This document shows, one piece after another, positions 1-9,507 of a stretch of 58,834 bases of DNA (positions are counted from its first letter, which is position 1; each line of letters begins with the position of its first letter). Position numbers and translations under genes: made by a program. The notes beneath the pieces are model-generated. The model had not been told where the DNA came from. It worked only from the letters and a program-made list of their open reading frames with translations, and did not search any database. The DNA comes from a virus (lineage: Duplodnaviria; Caudoviricetes): the IMG/VR virus record IMGVR_UViG_3300025645_000083, positions 1-58,834 of that record. One strand, given 5' to 3'.

Positions 1-2
1 AA

Positions 3-2726
3 GAATCAACATTACTTAAATACGATTACAAAACATCTACTGAAGAAGGATTTGATTTCCTACACGTAATAGTCAATGGAGTTATAGTTAGAAGATACAC
101 TGGAACTAATGGTTGGACTTCAGATCAAGTTTATATACATGGTATAGGTAGTAATACTATAAAATTTGTATATTTTAAAGACGGTAGTGCCGATGGAGGA
201 ACTGATGAAGTATGGGTTGATAATGTAGGGTTGTATAATGTTGAAGAAGCTGCTATATCTAATACTCAAACAAAATTCAATGAATCTGTAACATTCATGG
301 ATGATCTCATTATAAAAGGGAATATTACTCTAAATGCTCCAGATATTAATGGTGATTTATCAATGTTCAACCCTGAGGGTTACAAAACTGTTAGACTAAC
401 TAATAAATCAGGTGGTAGTGTGTTTCAACAATATGCACCTGGAGAGCCTAGTCCTGGAACATCTATGATTACTACTAGTACTTCTACAGGTATTGGAATA
501 TTAAAACCATCTACAGGAACAGAATTAGCTAAATTAGGATCTTCGATAGGTGGAGCTTTAGATGATGGTTTTTTCTTTGCCTCTCAACTAGGATTCCAAT
601 TTAGATTAGGAGAATTTGCAGGATCAGATGCAACTAAAATATTAGTAGTTAATGGCCAATCATTATTTAGAGATGAAGTTGAATCAACTGCCTTTGTAAC
701 TACAAGTGGAACAGCGTCTCAATTCGTAAAAGGTAATGGTACGTTAGATAATAACACGTATTTAACTTCGTTTACAGAAACAGACCCTATATTCCAAGCT
801 CACGTTTCATCAGGAATTGTCGCTCAAGATATTACTAATTGGTACACAGCTTTTGGATGGGGAAATCATGCCACTCAAGGTTATTTAACATCAGAGACAG
901 ACTCACAGACATTGTCATTTGGTTTTTCTACGGGGCAACTGACGATAAGTAACGGTAATACAATATCTTTAGACGGAAGGTATCTACAGTCGTTTGATAT
1001 AACAACTCAAACAGACGCTAAGTATTTAAGAAGTGATGTAGCTGATACAGCATTAGGTGCGATTACTTTTAACAATGGAACAACTCATATTAGTGATATC
1101 AATCTTAATGAAAATGTAAAAGTTGTATTTGATATAGATGGTGATGACTTTAATAGTATAGTATATGATTCAACAGCATCTGCTATGACCTATTATTCAA
1201 CAGGTAATCACATATTTAAAAATGGAGAAGATGACGGGTATGAAACATTAGTCGCTACAGGTTATAGTACGTTTGGAGGAACTTCTAGTCAGTTCTTAAA
1301 GGCTAATGGTACATTAGATAGTAACACATATTTATTAGATACAACAGATACACTTACCGGAACATTAACGGTTACTACTGCTGTTAATAATGATACTTAT
1401 AACGCTGAAAATGGTGGTCACATCGTTTCAAAATGGGGAACTTCCGGAGTTAAGATAGGATTGAACGATGGGTTAGCTATTGGAGCGGGTGAATGGTATG
1501 GCCAACTAGTTGGTAATCAACCATCAGCAACAGAGGTCGTCTCTATTGGCTCTGAAAATGGGCTTAATATATACTCTAATACCGGAAGTAACGTGGCTAA
1601 TTGGGCTACAAGGCACACCATTACAATGAACGCTAATACCTTTACCTATGGAGGATTTGACATATATCATGAAGGTAATGCACAGTTTTTAAGCAGAAAG
1701 GTATCTGTTGCTGTTAGTCCAGGATCAACAACAAACACTTGGGTAAAAGTTGCACAAGTTGTGGGTTCTGCGTTTAAAGGAACAGGAGGTACTTACGAAA
1801 TAGTTGGTGGATCTGATTATGGTGGATCTGCCATAATCAACTGGAACATAAGATGGTCTTCTGACGGAACAATGGCAGTAGACTCAAACTCATGGATGAG
1901 AATAATGTCTAGGTCAAATAACGGATCTAGTTATGGTTCCGTACCAACTAGTGTTAAGATGGTGAGTAATGGTTCTTTTACTGCAGAATTATGGGTTAAG
2001 AATACAGGAAACTATAAAAGAGCATGCACTTGGGTTCGCTCAGAAACTGTCGATGGAACTTTTACATACTTTGATGGCTTTACACCAACTACAACAGAGC
2101 CTACTGGAACTTCATCATTTTTTGGTTCTTGGCCAAGTAAATCTGCACTCGATGTTCGTATAGAGTCTTCATCAAACACCTATCCATTAATTGTACAAAA
2201 CTCTTTGACGGCTACAAATTCTTGGACTGGAATTGAATTTAGAGTCGGCACTAGTGATTACGGAAATATAGAAGTCAAGAATACTGGCCTTGGATATGCT
2301 AATATGACATTCAGAACGAGGGCACAATCTTCTCAGATAGAACGTATAAAAATATGGGGACAACAGAATACTGTTAGTATTGGATTTCAATCTGTTGCTC
2401 CTACCGATAAGTTACAGGTAAATGGTACAGGCAAGTTTACCTCAACGGTAACTGCAACTAACTTTATATTAAGTTCAGATAAAAGACTTAAGCATAAAAT
2501 AAAAGATGTAGATTATGATGATTATATCAAAATGGACGTTAAAACTTATGAATTAAAATCTGAAAAAGGAGTTAAGAGAACGGGTGTAATAGCACAAGAA
2601 CTTGAAGTTAATCATCCTGAGTTTGTAAGAACAGATTCTGAAGGAATGAAGTCAGTAGCATACACAGATTTATTAATGGCTAAGATTGCAGAGTTAGAAG
2701 CAAGATTAGAAAAACTAGAAAAATAA
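3..2726 (+). CDS. Tail fibre/spike protein with C-terminal peptidase S74 intramolecular chaperone (5'-partial)
   Basis: Frame 3 is open from position 3 (ESTLLKYDYKTSTEEGFDFLHVIVNG...YFKDGSADGGTDEVWVDNV), so the TTG at 231 is not the true start. Fibre repeats GTxSQFxKxNGTLDxNTYL occur twice, with a TETDP...WGNHA...GYLT motif. C-terminus has SDKRLK...GVIAQE plus a coiled coil, the S74 chaperone signature. Confidence 0.9.
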   Translation, partial: ESTLLKYDYKTSTEEGFDFLHVIVNGVIVRRYTGTNGWTSDQVYIHGIGSNTIKFVYFKDGSADGGTDEVWVDNVGLYNVEEAAISNTQTKFNESVTFMDDLIIKGNITLNAPDINGDLSMFNPEGYKTVRLTNKSGGSVFQQYAPGEPSPGTSMITTSTSTGIGILKPSTGTELAKLGSSIGGALDDGFFFASQLGFQFRLGEFAGSDATKILVVNGQSLFRDEVESTAFVTTSGTASQFVKGNGTLDNNTYLTSFTETDPIFQAHVSSGIVAQDITNWYTAFGWGNHATQGYLTSETDSQTLSFGFSTGQLTISNGNTISLDGRYLQSFDITTQTDAKYLRSDVADTALGAITFNNGTTHISDINLNENVKVVFDIDGDDFNSIVYDSTASAMTYYSTGNHIFKNGEDDGYETLVATGYSTFGGTSSQFLKANGTLDSNTYLLDTTDTLTGTLTVTTAVNNDTYNAENGGHIVSKWGTSGVKIGLNDGLAIGAGEWYGQLVGNQPSATEVVSIGSENGLNIYSNTGSNVANWATRHTITMNANTFTYGGFDIYHEGNAQFLSRKVSVAVSPGSTTNTWVKVAQVVGSAFKGTGGTYEIVGGSDYGGSAIINWNIRWSSDGTMAVDSNSWMRIMSRSNNGSSYGSVPTSVKMVSNGSFTAELWVKNTGNYKRACTWVRSETVDGTFTYFDGFTPTTTEPTGTSSFFGSWPSKSALDVRIESSSNTYPLIVQNSLTATNSWTGIEFRVGTSDYGNIEVKNTGLGYANMTFRTRAQSSQIERIKIWGQQNTVSIGFQSVAPTDKLQVNGTGKFTSTVTATNFILSSDKRLKHKIKDVDYDDYIKMDVKTYELKSEKGVKRTGVIAQELEVNHPEFVRTDSEGMKSVAYTDLLMAKIAELEARLEKLEK

Positions 2727-2732
2727 AAAATT

Positions 2733-2993
2733 ATGAAAGAACTAAAATTAAAATTAGCAAAACTAGTACCAAACGATAAGTTAAACCACTTCTTTTATGG
2801 AAGTCTAATAGCTAATGCAATCACAATGATTCCAAGAATAAGACTTTGGGATGCAATGATATTAATGACTATCCTAGCGATAGCCATTGAGGTTCGTGAC
2901 TATACTCAACCAAAAGGAAGGTTCTCAGTATTGGATGTTATATTTACAATAGCACCAATGGTATTTATATTAATACGTAGCTACATAAGATAA
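2733..2993 (+). CDS. Small membrane protein (VanZ-like DKxxHF motif)
   Basis: DKLNHFFYG motif, three hydrophobic segments, coupled to the next gene by TAATG. Confidence 0.6.
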   Translation: MKELKLKLAKLVPNDKLNHFFYGSLIANAITMIPRIRLWDAMILMTILAIAIEVRDYTQPKGRFSVLDVIFTIAPMVFILIRSYIR

Positions 2994-3787
2994 TGGCAGT
3001 GCCAGACACAACAACATTTACATTTCACGATGTAACTACAGAATTATATGGAGATACAGCTGTAGGCAGGAATTTAGTTTCCTGTTTTGCTGACGCTATA
3101 GCAGGAAGCTTTGATTCTAACTACAATCCAAATGTAGACGGGACGAACAATAATCTTTTAAATTTTAGAAATTATGGAGCAACCCCAACCCCTTACGTTA
3201 GAACCGTAGTTGGTTACACTACAACAACATCAAAAACAGTTGTATACAATATTACATCGCTAGATGTTGTAGCTTTTTTACAATTAAATGTTGATAGTGA
3301 TGACTACTCGGCCGGCATTGGCACTGTAACCGTGTCTGATTCATCAGGTGCAACATGGACTAAACTAAGCGGAGGCACTAACGGTAACGTATGGTACACA
3401 ACAAATCTAACAACAACGGGTAATAGAACTATTACTGTAACACTTACAGCAACTAGCCTAGCTATAGGTGGTTTAACAATAGCTAATTGTACCACCGATG
3501 TGAGTAATAACGTTCACGCGTTTGCGGTAGCAGATACCGTTACTGTTCCGGTAACATATACAGCATTAGGTAATGTAGCGTTAAAATTTGGAGGGAGCAA
3601 CTATGGAGTTCTGTCCTCATCGGGAACTCAAGTAGTACAACAAGGCAGCGGTACTGTAATAGGCTCCGTTGAGGTTTGGGTAAGAGAAATTACTATAATA
3701 CCCGGTGGGAGCGAACTCATGGGGGCAGTAATAGGTGGTGCTTTGGAAGACCTTGACTTTTGGGTTATTGAACTAGTCAAGAGTTAA
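2993..3787 (+). CDS. Putative fibre-tip adhesin/receptor-binding protein
   Basis: Short N-terminal module ending LLNFRNYG of the kind seen after S74 fibres, followed by a Thr/Val/Gly-rich beta domain; function inferred from position. Confidence 0.55.
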   Translation: MAVPDTTTFTFHDVTTELYGDTAVGRNLVSCFADAIAGSFDSNYNPNVDGTNNNLLNFRNYGATPTPYVRTVVGYTTTTSKTVVYNITSLDVVAFLQLNVDSDDYSAGIGTVTVSDSSGATWTKLSGGTNGNVWYTTNLTTTGNRTITVTLTATSLAIGGLTIANCTTDVSNNVHAFAVADTVTVPVTYTALGNVALKFGGSNYGVLSSSGTQVVQQGSGTVIGSVEVWVREITIIPGGSELMGAVIGGALEDLDFWVIELVKS

Positions 3788-3862
3788 ATAATATACCTAT
3801 CTTTGTATAAACAGGATTACTTTCATCCATTATTGAAATAAGAGTATATCCATAGTGTAATA

Positions 3863-3917
3863 TTACATTATAGCCATAATGTGAATTAAATAAATGGACT
3901 TGTGTTTTGTATTTTTA
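3863..3917 (+). promoter_or_regulatory. Palindromic element plus -7-like box upstream of holin (candidate late promoter)
   Basis: CATTATAGCCATAATG (3866-3881), then TATTTTTA at 3910; aligns without gaps to 12003-12057. Confidence 0.6.
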
Positions 3918-3943
3918 CATATTACAAGTCCTAAAATAAAACA

Positions 3944-4495
3944 ATGAAATCAATATCTTTATTTTTTGGCAAAATGACTTTAGAGAAAAAAGCATTATTA
4001 CTAACGTTAACCCCAATCCTCACTGTCTTGCTAAATACAAAACCAATGCTAATAGGTCTTGGTATCCTTATCATTATAGATATGGTTACTGGAATCAGAA
4101 AAAGCTTACACGAAAAAAAACTTAGTTTTAATCCATTTAAATCTCACTTCTGGAAAACTGTTCATTCTAAGGGAATGAGAGATACTTGGCGCAAGACATA
4201 TGAGTATGGCGTTGGCGTCATAGTATTTGCTGTATTTGAAAGTATGGTACTTAAGTTAGATCCATTTTCAATTCAAGGAATAAGTCTTACTTTAACTGAA
4301 TTAGCAGTAGTGACTGCAACGTTAGTTGAGATATATTCCATATTTGAAAATATGGAAGCAGTTAGTGGAAATAATATTCTGAAGAGAATAACGTTTTTGC
4401 TTCCTGCCCCAATAAAGAAACTGCTTGGAATAAAAGAAAATGAAGAATCTGTTGTTAATGTTGACCATGATGTTCAACATGATTTTGAAGACTAA
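3944..4495 (+). CDS. Phage holin (holin family 4-like)
   Basis: Several TM segments, IIDMVTGIRKS and EIYSIFEN motifs, directly upstream of the endolysin. Confidence 0.8.
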   Translation: MKSISLFFGKMTLEKKALLLTLTPILTVLLNTKPMLIGLGILIIIDMVTGIRKSLHEKKLSFNPFKSHFWKTVHSKGMRDTWRKTYEYGVGVIVFAVFESMVLKLDPFSIQGISLTLTELAVVTATLVEIYSIFENMEAVSGNNILKRITFLLPAPIKKLLGIKENEESVVNVDHDVQHDFED

Positions 4496-4499
4496 AAAG

Positions 4500-4973
4500 A
4501 TGAGATATAAATTTGGATCAAATAGCGCAAAGAGATTAGCAACTTGTCATCCTGATATACAAAAGGTATTTAACCTAGTTATATCAAGAAGTAAAGTTGA
4601 CTTTGGTGTATCTGAGGGTCATAGAGATGTATCTAAACAACAGGCTTATTATGCAATAGGCAGGACTGTTCAATTACACAGAAGTACTATTACAAATGTA
4701 GATGGGATAATTAAGAAGGGTAAACATAATTATCAACCTTCACAAGCAATAGATATATACGTATATCATGCTGATAAGGCTACAAGAAAGAAAATATCTT
4801 ATGATGGTATGCATTTAAGCTACATAGCTGGCTTAATAGATTCATGTTCACAAGAATTATTTAATAAAGGAGAAATAACACATAAAGTTAGATGGGGAGG
4901 AAATTGGGATTCTGATGGAATTATAATATTTGATCAAAATTTAGATGATATGCCTCATTTTGAGATAGTATAA
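4500..4973 (+). CDS. Endolysin, peptidase M15 (L-Ala-D-Glu peptidase-like)
   Basis: EGHR...KH.....AID...RWGGNW...DMPHFE zinc-peptidase motifs; the ATG at 4500, just after the holin stop, is preferred over 4440. Confidence 0.9.
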   Translation: MRYKFGSNSAKRLATCHPDIQKVFNLVISRSKVDFGVSEGHRDVSKQQAYYAIGRTVQLHRSTITNVDGIIKKGKHNYQPSQAIDIYVYHADKATRKKISYDGMHLSYIAGLIDSCSQELFNKGEITHKVRWGGNWDSDGIIIFDQNLDDMPHFEIV

Positions 4974-4974
4974 A

Positions 4975-5871
4975 ATGAAATTAACGCAAAATCAATTTAC
5001 CGGAAAAGATGAGGAGAAAGACGGTAGGTCAATACCTGGTTCAATATATGTTGCGGTAGATACTAAGAAAATATATATTTACGACGTAAATGGCGTTCCT
5101 AAATTAATAAATTCTAACGCTCTTTCTGGAGCAAATCTTGTTGTTGACTTTTATTCAGACTTACCATCAGGAGTTGATGAAGAATCAATTGCTTTTGTTT
5201 TATATAGCCAGGGTACTCAATGGCTTCCTGGATCATTAGGAGGGACTTATTATCCATCAGGATGGTACATATATACCGCAGGAGCGTGGAAGCATAGTAG
5301 AGAGCTTGTTGACCAACAATTAGAAATATATGATGACCTAATAGCTGCAAATACAGCTTTAATTAATGGCCATATAAACAATATAGCAAATCCACATCAG
5401 GTAGACAAAAATGATGTTGGATTAGGAAATGTAGATAATACATCTGACCTAAACAAACCTGTCAGTACTGCTGTAACAAATGCATTATCAAGCAAGTCTG
5501 AGATTGGACATACTCATCTTAAGATTGATATAACTGATTTCAGTGATAGTGATTACGCTACTAATGCACAAGGCATATTGGCTAATACTGCATTACAACC
5601 AGGAGATGATATCTCTCAGCTGTTTAATGATGAAGTTTATTTACAACCTTCTGATAATATATCAGCATTAACAAATGATGCTGGTTATTTAATACCTAAT
5701 TCTGTAACAAGTTACAGAAGTGATGTAGAAGTTACCACTGTTTATAGTGGATACTTATTAAACTCAGTTATTACAATTAAAAGATGTACTGACGGAGTTG
5801 TTGCTTACGCAACAGGATTGACTGATCTAGAAACAGATTGGACAAATAGATTTAGTTTGACGTACATATAG
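4975..5871 (+). CDS. Fibre-like structural protein
   Basis: Phage fibre repeat NPHQVDKNDVGLGNVDNTSDLNKPVSTA, plus HTH and ISALTNDAGYL motifs. Confidence 0.65.
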   Translation: MKLTQNQFTGKDEEKDGRSIPGSIYVAVDTKKIYIYDVNGVPKLINSNALSGANLVVDFYSDLPSGVDEESIAFVLYSQGTQWLPGSLGGTYYPSGWYIYTAGAWKHSRELVDQQLEIYDDLIAANTALINGHINNIANPHQVDKNDVGLGNVDNTSDLNKPVSTAVTNALSSKSEIGHTHLKIDITDFSDSDYATNAQGILANTALQPGDDISQLFNDEVYLQPSDNISALTNDAGYLIPNSVTSYRSDVEVTTVYSGYLLNSVITIKRCTDGVVAYATGLTDLETDWTNRFSLTYI

Positions 5872-5922
5872 TTGTACTTTAGATATATATATATAAATAA
5901 TTAATTAAACAAAGAAACAATT

Positions 5923-7635
5923 ATGGCATTCGTAGCATTAGATTGGAGTATTACAAGGAACGGAGGAGCACTGGATGTTCGCTATATTGGCGATACACAC
6001 GCTGGAGCCTCCCCTTCATACGCCACAACAATTGAGCTCCACAGAGCTTTGGGAGATTTTGCTGATCAAGAGCAAGATTCCGGAGATGATGAATTATCCA
6101 TCATCAACAAAACACCGTCCGATAGGGGTGGTGCAGATACAAACATCACGTTATTAAACGGATGTAATTTAGATGACGCATCAGTAGAGTACATCTACGA
6201 TGGATCATTAACTCAAGACGCGGGTAATACTATCTATGATGGTATTCAGACGTTTGGTAACTCATCTAGTATTCAAGTACTACAAGATGGAGCAAGATTA
6301 GTTAATGATTTCTGGAATGAGGTTAAAATGAAAGCTGCTGTATCAGATGCATTATCTTCTACAACTCACAGATTCTTAGTTAAAGTAAGAACAGGTGGTG
6401 CTGATATAGATGGACGTAGGTTAATTGGTACTCAGAGAGTATTAGGAACAGCTTATACAGAATTCTCTATTGGTGGTGGAACAAACAGAGGTAACAACAC
6501 ATTAGCACTTACTGCCAACACGGATGGGAACAACCAGACTGCAGAAGGTACTATTGCTACTTGGACTGATATTGTAAATGACAAAGAAGGTTATTCTGCA
6601 ATTGATGCTGATGGTAATACTGTAAATGAATTTTACTACTCTGATTGGGAACTTGGTTCAAGAACTAAGAATAACTTCTATGAAAGAGGTAAATGGATTC
6701 AACGTGAAGGTTCAGCAGAAACTATATATGGTCTTGATGGTGATATCTTTAGAGGTATTACTCACCAGATTGAAATAGACAGTCCAACTGGAACATTTGT
6801 AGAGCCAGAAGCTTTATCATGGACGGGTGGTACTGGACAATTGTTGGCAATTGATTCTGTAACAGCAGGTACTCAAATGTGGATTCAATTACTTTCGGGT
6901 GTTGTTCCAACAGATGGTCAAGTGATAACAGGAGTTTCGACTGCAACAGCAACAATGAATGTTACCATAACACCTAGACTTGTACCAGCTACATTTGTAG
7001 GAACATCTACTGGTACTGCTATTAATCCAGCAGCTTATGGTGTTGGTATTGGTTCAGATGATTTAACTCAGAATGATCTTCTTGAAGATTTAACTGGAAC
7101 TAACAGAACTCCTCCAAACAACATTAGTTACTCTGTAAATAATACTGTTGCAGGAGATTATGTTATAACATCTAATAACTCAGGAGGAGACTTTGATTTA
7201 ACTCAATTGTCTATAACCAATGCAGAAGTTGGAGCATCAGTAACGTCAATAGTTTTTGATGAAACAATAACTTCAGACACTCCAAGACCAGGAGGTACTG
7301 TTCGTGTAGAGCAAGTTAATGGAAGTTATAGAAGAATAGCTTATACAAGTATTACAACTACTTCTATTACAGATGATACGATAAACTTCACAGCATTAGA
7401 TTTTTCTGGTGTAGGTGCAGGTTTGGCAATTGGTGGTAACGGATTCGTTACCTATATTGATAGAGTAGCAACTGGAACAACTGAAAGTGTTACTTATGTA
7501 TATAATGCTCCAAGAACATTATTTACTAGAGTAAGAAACGCTAATCCAGGTGTTGAGATTAAGACATTTGAAACAACTGCAGCGGTTGGATCAGGTGGTG
7601 GTGCCTCTACTGTTGGTCGTATTGATGACTTTTAA
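5923..7635 (+). CDS. Putative virion structural protein, possibly a high-copy filament subunit
   Basis: Acidic, Thr/Gly-rich, beta-rich 570 aa in the fibre region; A-rich leader; followed by a strong hairpin. Confidence 0.55.
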   Translation: MAFVALDWSITRNGGALDVRYIGDTHAGASPSYATTIELHRALGDFADQEQDSGDDELSIINKTPSDRGGADTNITLLNGCNLDDASVEYIYDGSLTQDAGNTIYDGIQTFGNSSSIQVLQDGARLVNDFWNEVKMKAAVSDALSSTTHRFLVKVRTGGADIDGRRLIGTQRVLGTAYTEFSIGGGTNRGNNTLALTANTDGNNQTAEGTIATWTDIVNDKEGYSAIDADGNTVNEFYYSDWELGSRTKNNFYERGKWIQREGSAETIYGLDGDIFRGITHQIEIDSPTGTFVEPEALSWTGGTGQLLAIDSVTAGTQMWIQLLSGVVPTDGQVITGVSTATATMNVTITPRLVPATFVGTSTGTAINPAAYGVGIGSDDLTQNDLLEDLTGTNRTPPNNISYSVNNTVAGDYVITSNNSGGDFDLTQLSITNAEVGASVTSIVFDETITSDTPRPGGTVRVEQVNGSYRRIAYTSITTTSITDDTINFTALDFSGVGAGLAIGGNGFVTYIDRVATGTTESVTYVYNAPRTLFTRVRNANPGVEIKTFETTAAVGSGGGASTVGRIDDF

Positions 7636-7654
7636 TAGTAATAAATAAACAATC

Positions 7655-7682
7655 ATACCGTCCCATTCGTTTGGGGCGGTAT
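7655..7682 (+). other. GC-rich stem-loop (mRNA stabiliser or partial terminator)
   Basis: ATACCGTCCCA-TTCGTT-TGGGGCGGTAT; no U-tract on the + strand. Confidence 0.65.
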
Positions 7683-7701
7683 AACTAAAAAATAGGATAG
7701 A

Positions 7702-9498
7702 ATGGCAGTACCTACATATACAACAGACTTAGCAACAATAAACCTCATGACAGGATCTCATGTAGAGCTTACGGGTGCGTTAGAAGGTAGGATTACTGAT
7801 AACGATCCAGACAACTACATTGCTGGTACAAATTGTGCAACGTCACAAACACGTACTGGAGGTAATGTGTCGATAGCTCATCCGTCAAATACAGTTACAA
7901 TACCAGCAGGTGCTGCTGTTTTTTCATGGACTTATCACGGAGCAATGCCAACGGTAGATACATTTGTTAATGATGGTATGAGAATATGTATAGGAAACTC
8001 ATCTGCCAATTATAACCAATTTACTATTTATGGTAGAGACACTCTTCCAAAAGGAGGGTGGTATAGTTCTGCAGTAGATCCAACAAGCACTCCGGATTTA
8101 ACACAAGGAAGTCCAACGTCAGTTACCAGCACTTTTGGCTCAAGAACTTTTATGACTTCATCAGTAAGTAAAGGTAATCCATTCGCTATTGATTATTCAA
8201 GATATGGAAGAAGTATAATAGTAGATGATGGAGAAATTGCTAACCCAGGAACTTTTCTAGGAGCAGCAACTCAAAATGATTTAGTAGCTAATAAATGGGG
8301 ATTGTTTGAAGTATCTGCAGGTGGTTTTTCACATAAAGGTTTATTTCAAATTGGAACAGTTGCATCATTAGCTTACTTTGAGGATAGTAATCAAAGTATA
8401 GTTTTAGAAGATAATATTCATTGTGCTGCAGGATTTACAGAATATGAAGTACTAAACGCAGGGTCAACAGTAAAGTGGACAGGTATTCAAATATCTGCAC
8501 TGGGAGCTACTACTAGAGGTTTGTTTACAGTAACTGATAATGCCACAGTAGAAATAACTGACTGCACTTTTAACGACATGTTAGACTTTAGTTTTCTTTC
8601 TAACACAACAGTTGTAGGGACTGTTTTTAGAAGATGCAACTTAGTTACTCAATCAGGCTCATCTATAACTAGCTCTACTTTTACAAATAGTACAGCTACA
8701 ACTTCTTTACTTGCTGACAACATGTTGTTAGTAACAGGAAATAGCTTTGTATCAGACGGATCTAATCATGCTGTAGAAATAACCAGCATTGGTGGAGGAT
8801 CATTAGATTGGGACAATCAATTGTCTGGATATGTAGCTGGAGTAGCAGCATCACCAGTTACTGCAACCTCAACAGGAAATGAAGCAATATACGTAAACGT
8901 AGCTTCAGGAACTTTAACTATAAATGTAACAGCAGGTGCATCAGTACCATCAATAAGATCAGCAGGAGCAGTAGTTAATGTTGTGGCAGGAGCAGTAACA
9001 TATAAAATAACAGTACAAGACACAGAAGGTGCAGTGATACAAGATGCAAGAGTATTCTTTCCAGTAGCAGCTGGAGGTCCTTTGTTCTTTCAAGCGTCTG
9101 TAACAATAACAAGAGTTGGTACTGTAGCAACAGTAACTCACACTGCTCATGGATTAGCAAATGGAGATAAAGTAGTAATAAGGTCAGTTGATCAAAGTGA
9201 ATATTATGGAATACATACAGTTTCAAATGTTACAACAAACACTTATGATTATACAGTAGCTGGTTCTCCCACTACTCCAGCAACAGGAACTATAACATCA
9301 ACTTATGTTCTTATTAGTGCACTAACAGATGTGTTAGGTGTAGTTCAAGGGTCTAAGACATTTGCAACAAATCAACCAATTGGAGGGAATGTTAGAAAAT
9401 CTTCTGCATCTCCTTACTATAAGACTGGGGCTATTGTTGGAACAATAAATAAGGATACAGGTTTAGACTTAACTATCACTCTTTTGAGTGACGAATAA
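7702..9498 (+). CDS. Putative structural adhesin (jelly-roll-like N-terminus, beta-helix, small beta insert, C-terminal beta-sandwich)
   Basis: Beta-helix-like repeats (ITDCTFN, VVGTVFRRC, ITSSTFTN), ATVTHTAHGLANGDKVVI module, YKITVQD...IQDARV C-terminal domain. Confidence 0.55.
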   Translation: MAVPTYTTDLATINLMTGSHVELTGALEGRITDNDPDNYIAGTNCATSQTRTGGNVSIAHPSNTVTIPAGAAVFSWTYHGAMPTVDTFVNDGMRICIGNSSANYNQFTIYGRDTLPKGGWYSSAVDPTSTPDLTQGSPTSVTSTFGSRTFMTSSVSKGNPFAIDYSRYGRSIIVDDGEIANPGTFLGAATQNDLVANKWGLFEVSAGGFSHKGLFQIGTVASLAYFEDSNQSIVLEDNIHCAAGFTEYEVLNAGSTVKWTGIQISALGATTRGLFTVTDNATVEITDCTFNDMLDFSFLSNTTVVGTVFRRCNLVTQSGSSITSSTFTNSTATTSLLADNMLLVTGNSFVSDGSNHAVEITSIGGGSLDWDNQLSGYVAGVAASPVTATSTGNEAIYVNVASGTLTINVTAGASVPSIRSAGAVVNVVAGAVTYKITVQDTEGAVIQDARVFFPVAAGGPLFFQASVTITRVGTVATVTHTAHGLANGDKVVIRSVDQSEYYGIHTVSNVTTNTYDYTVAGSPTTPATGTITSTYVLISALTDVLGVVQGSKTFATNQPIGGNVRKSSASPYYKTGAIVGTINKDTGLDLTITLLSDE

Positions 9499-9507
9499 TA
9501 AAGATAT

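Noticed and set aside
3-3787. Diversity-generating retroelement acting on fibre genes
   Set aside because: No reverse transcriptase and no template/variable repeat pair seen in this window.
3798-3805. TATCTTTG as a sigma-A promoter
   Set aside because: Matches the -7 box but has no TTG at the expected spacing; too weak to call.
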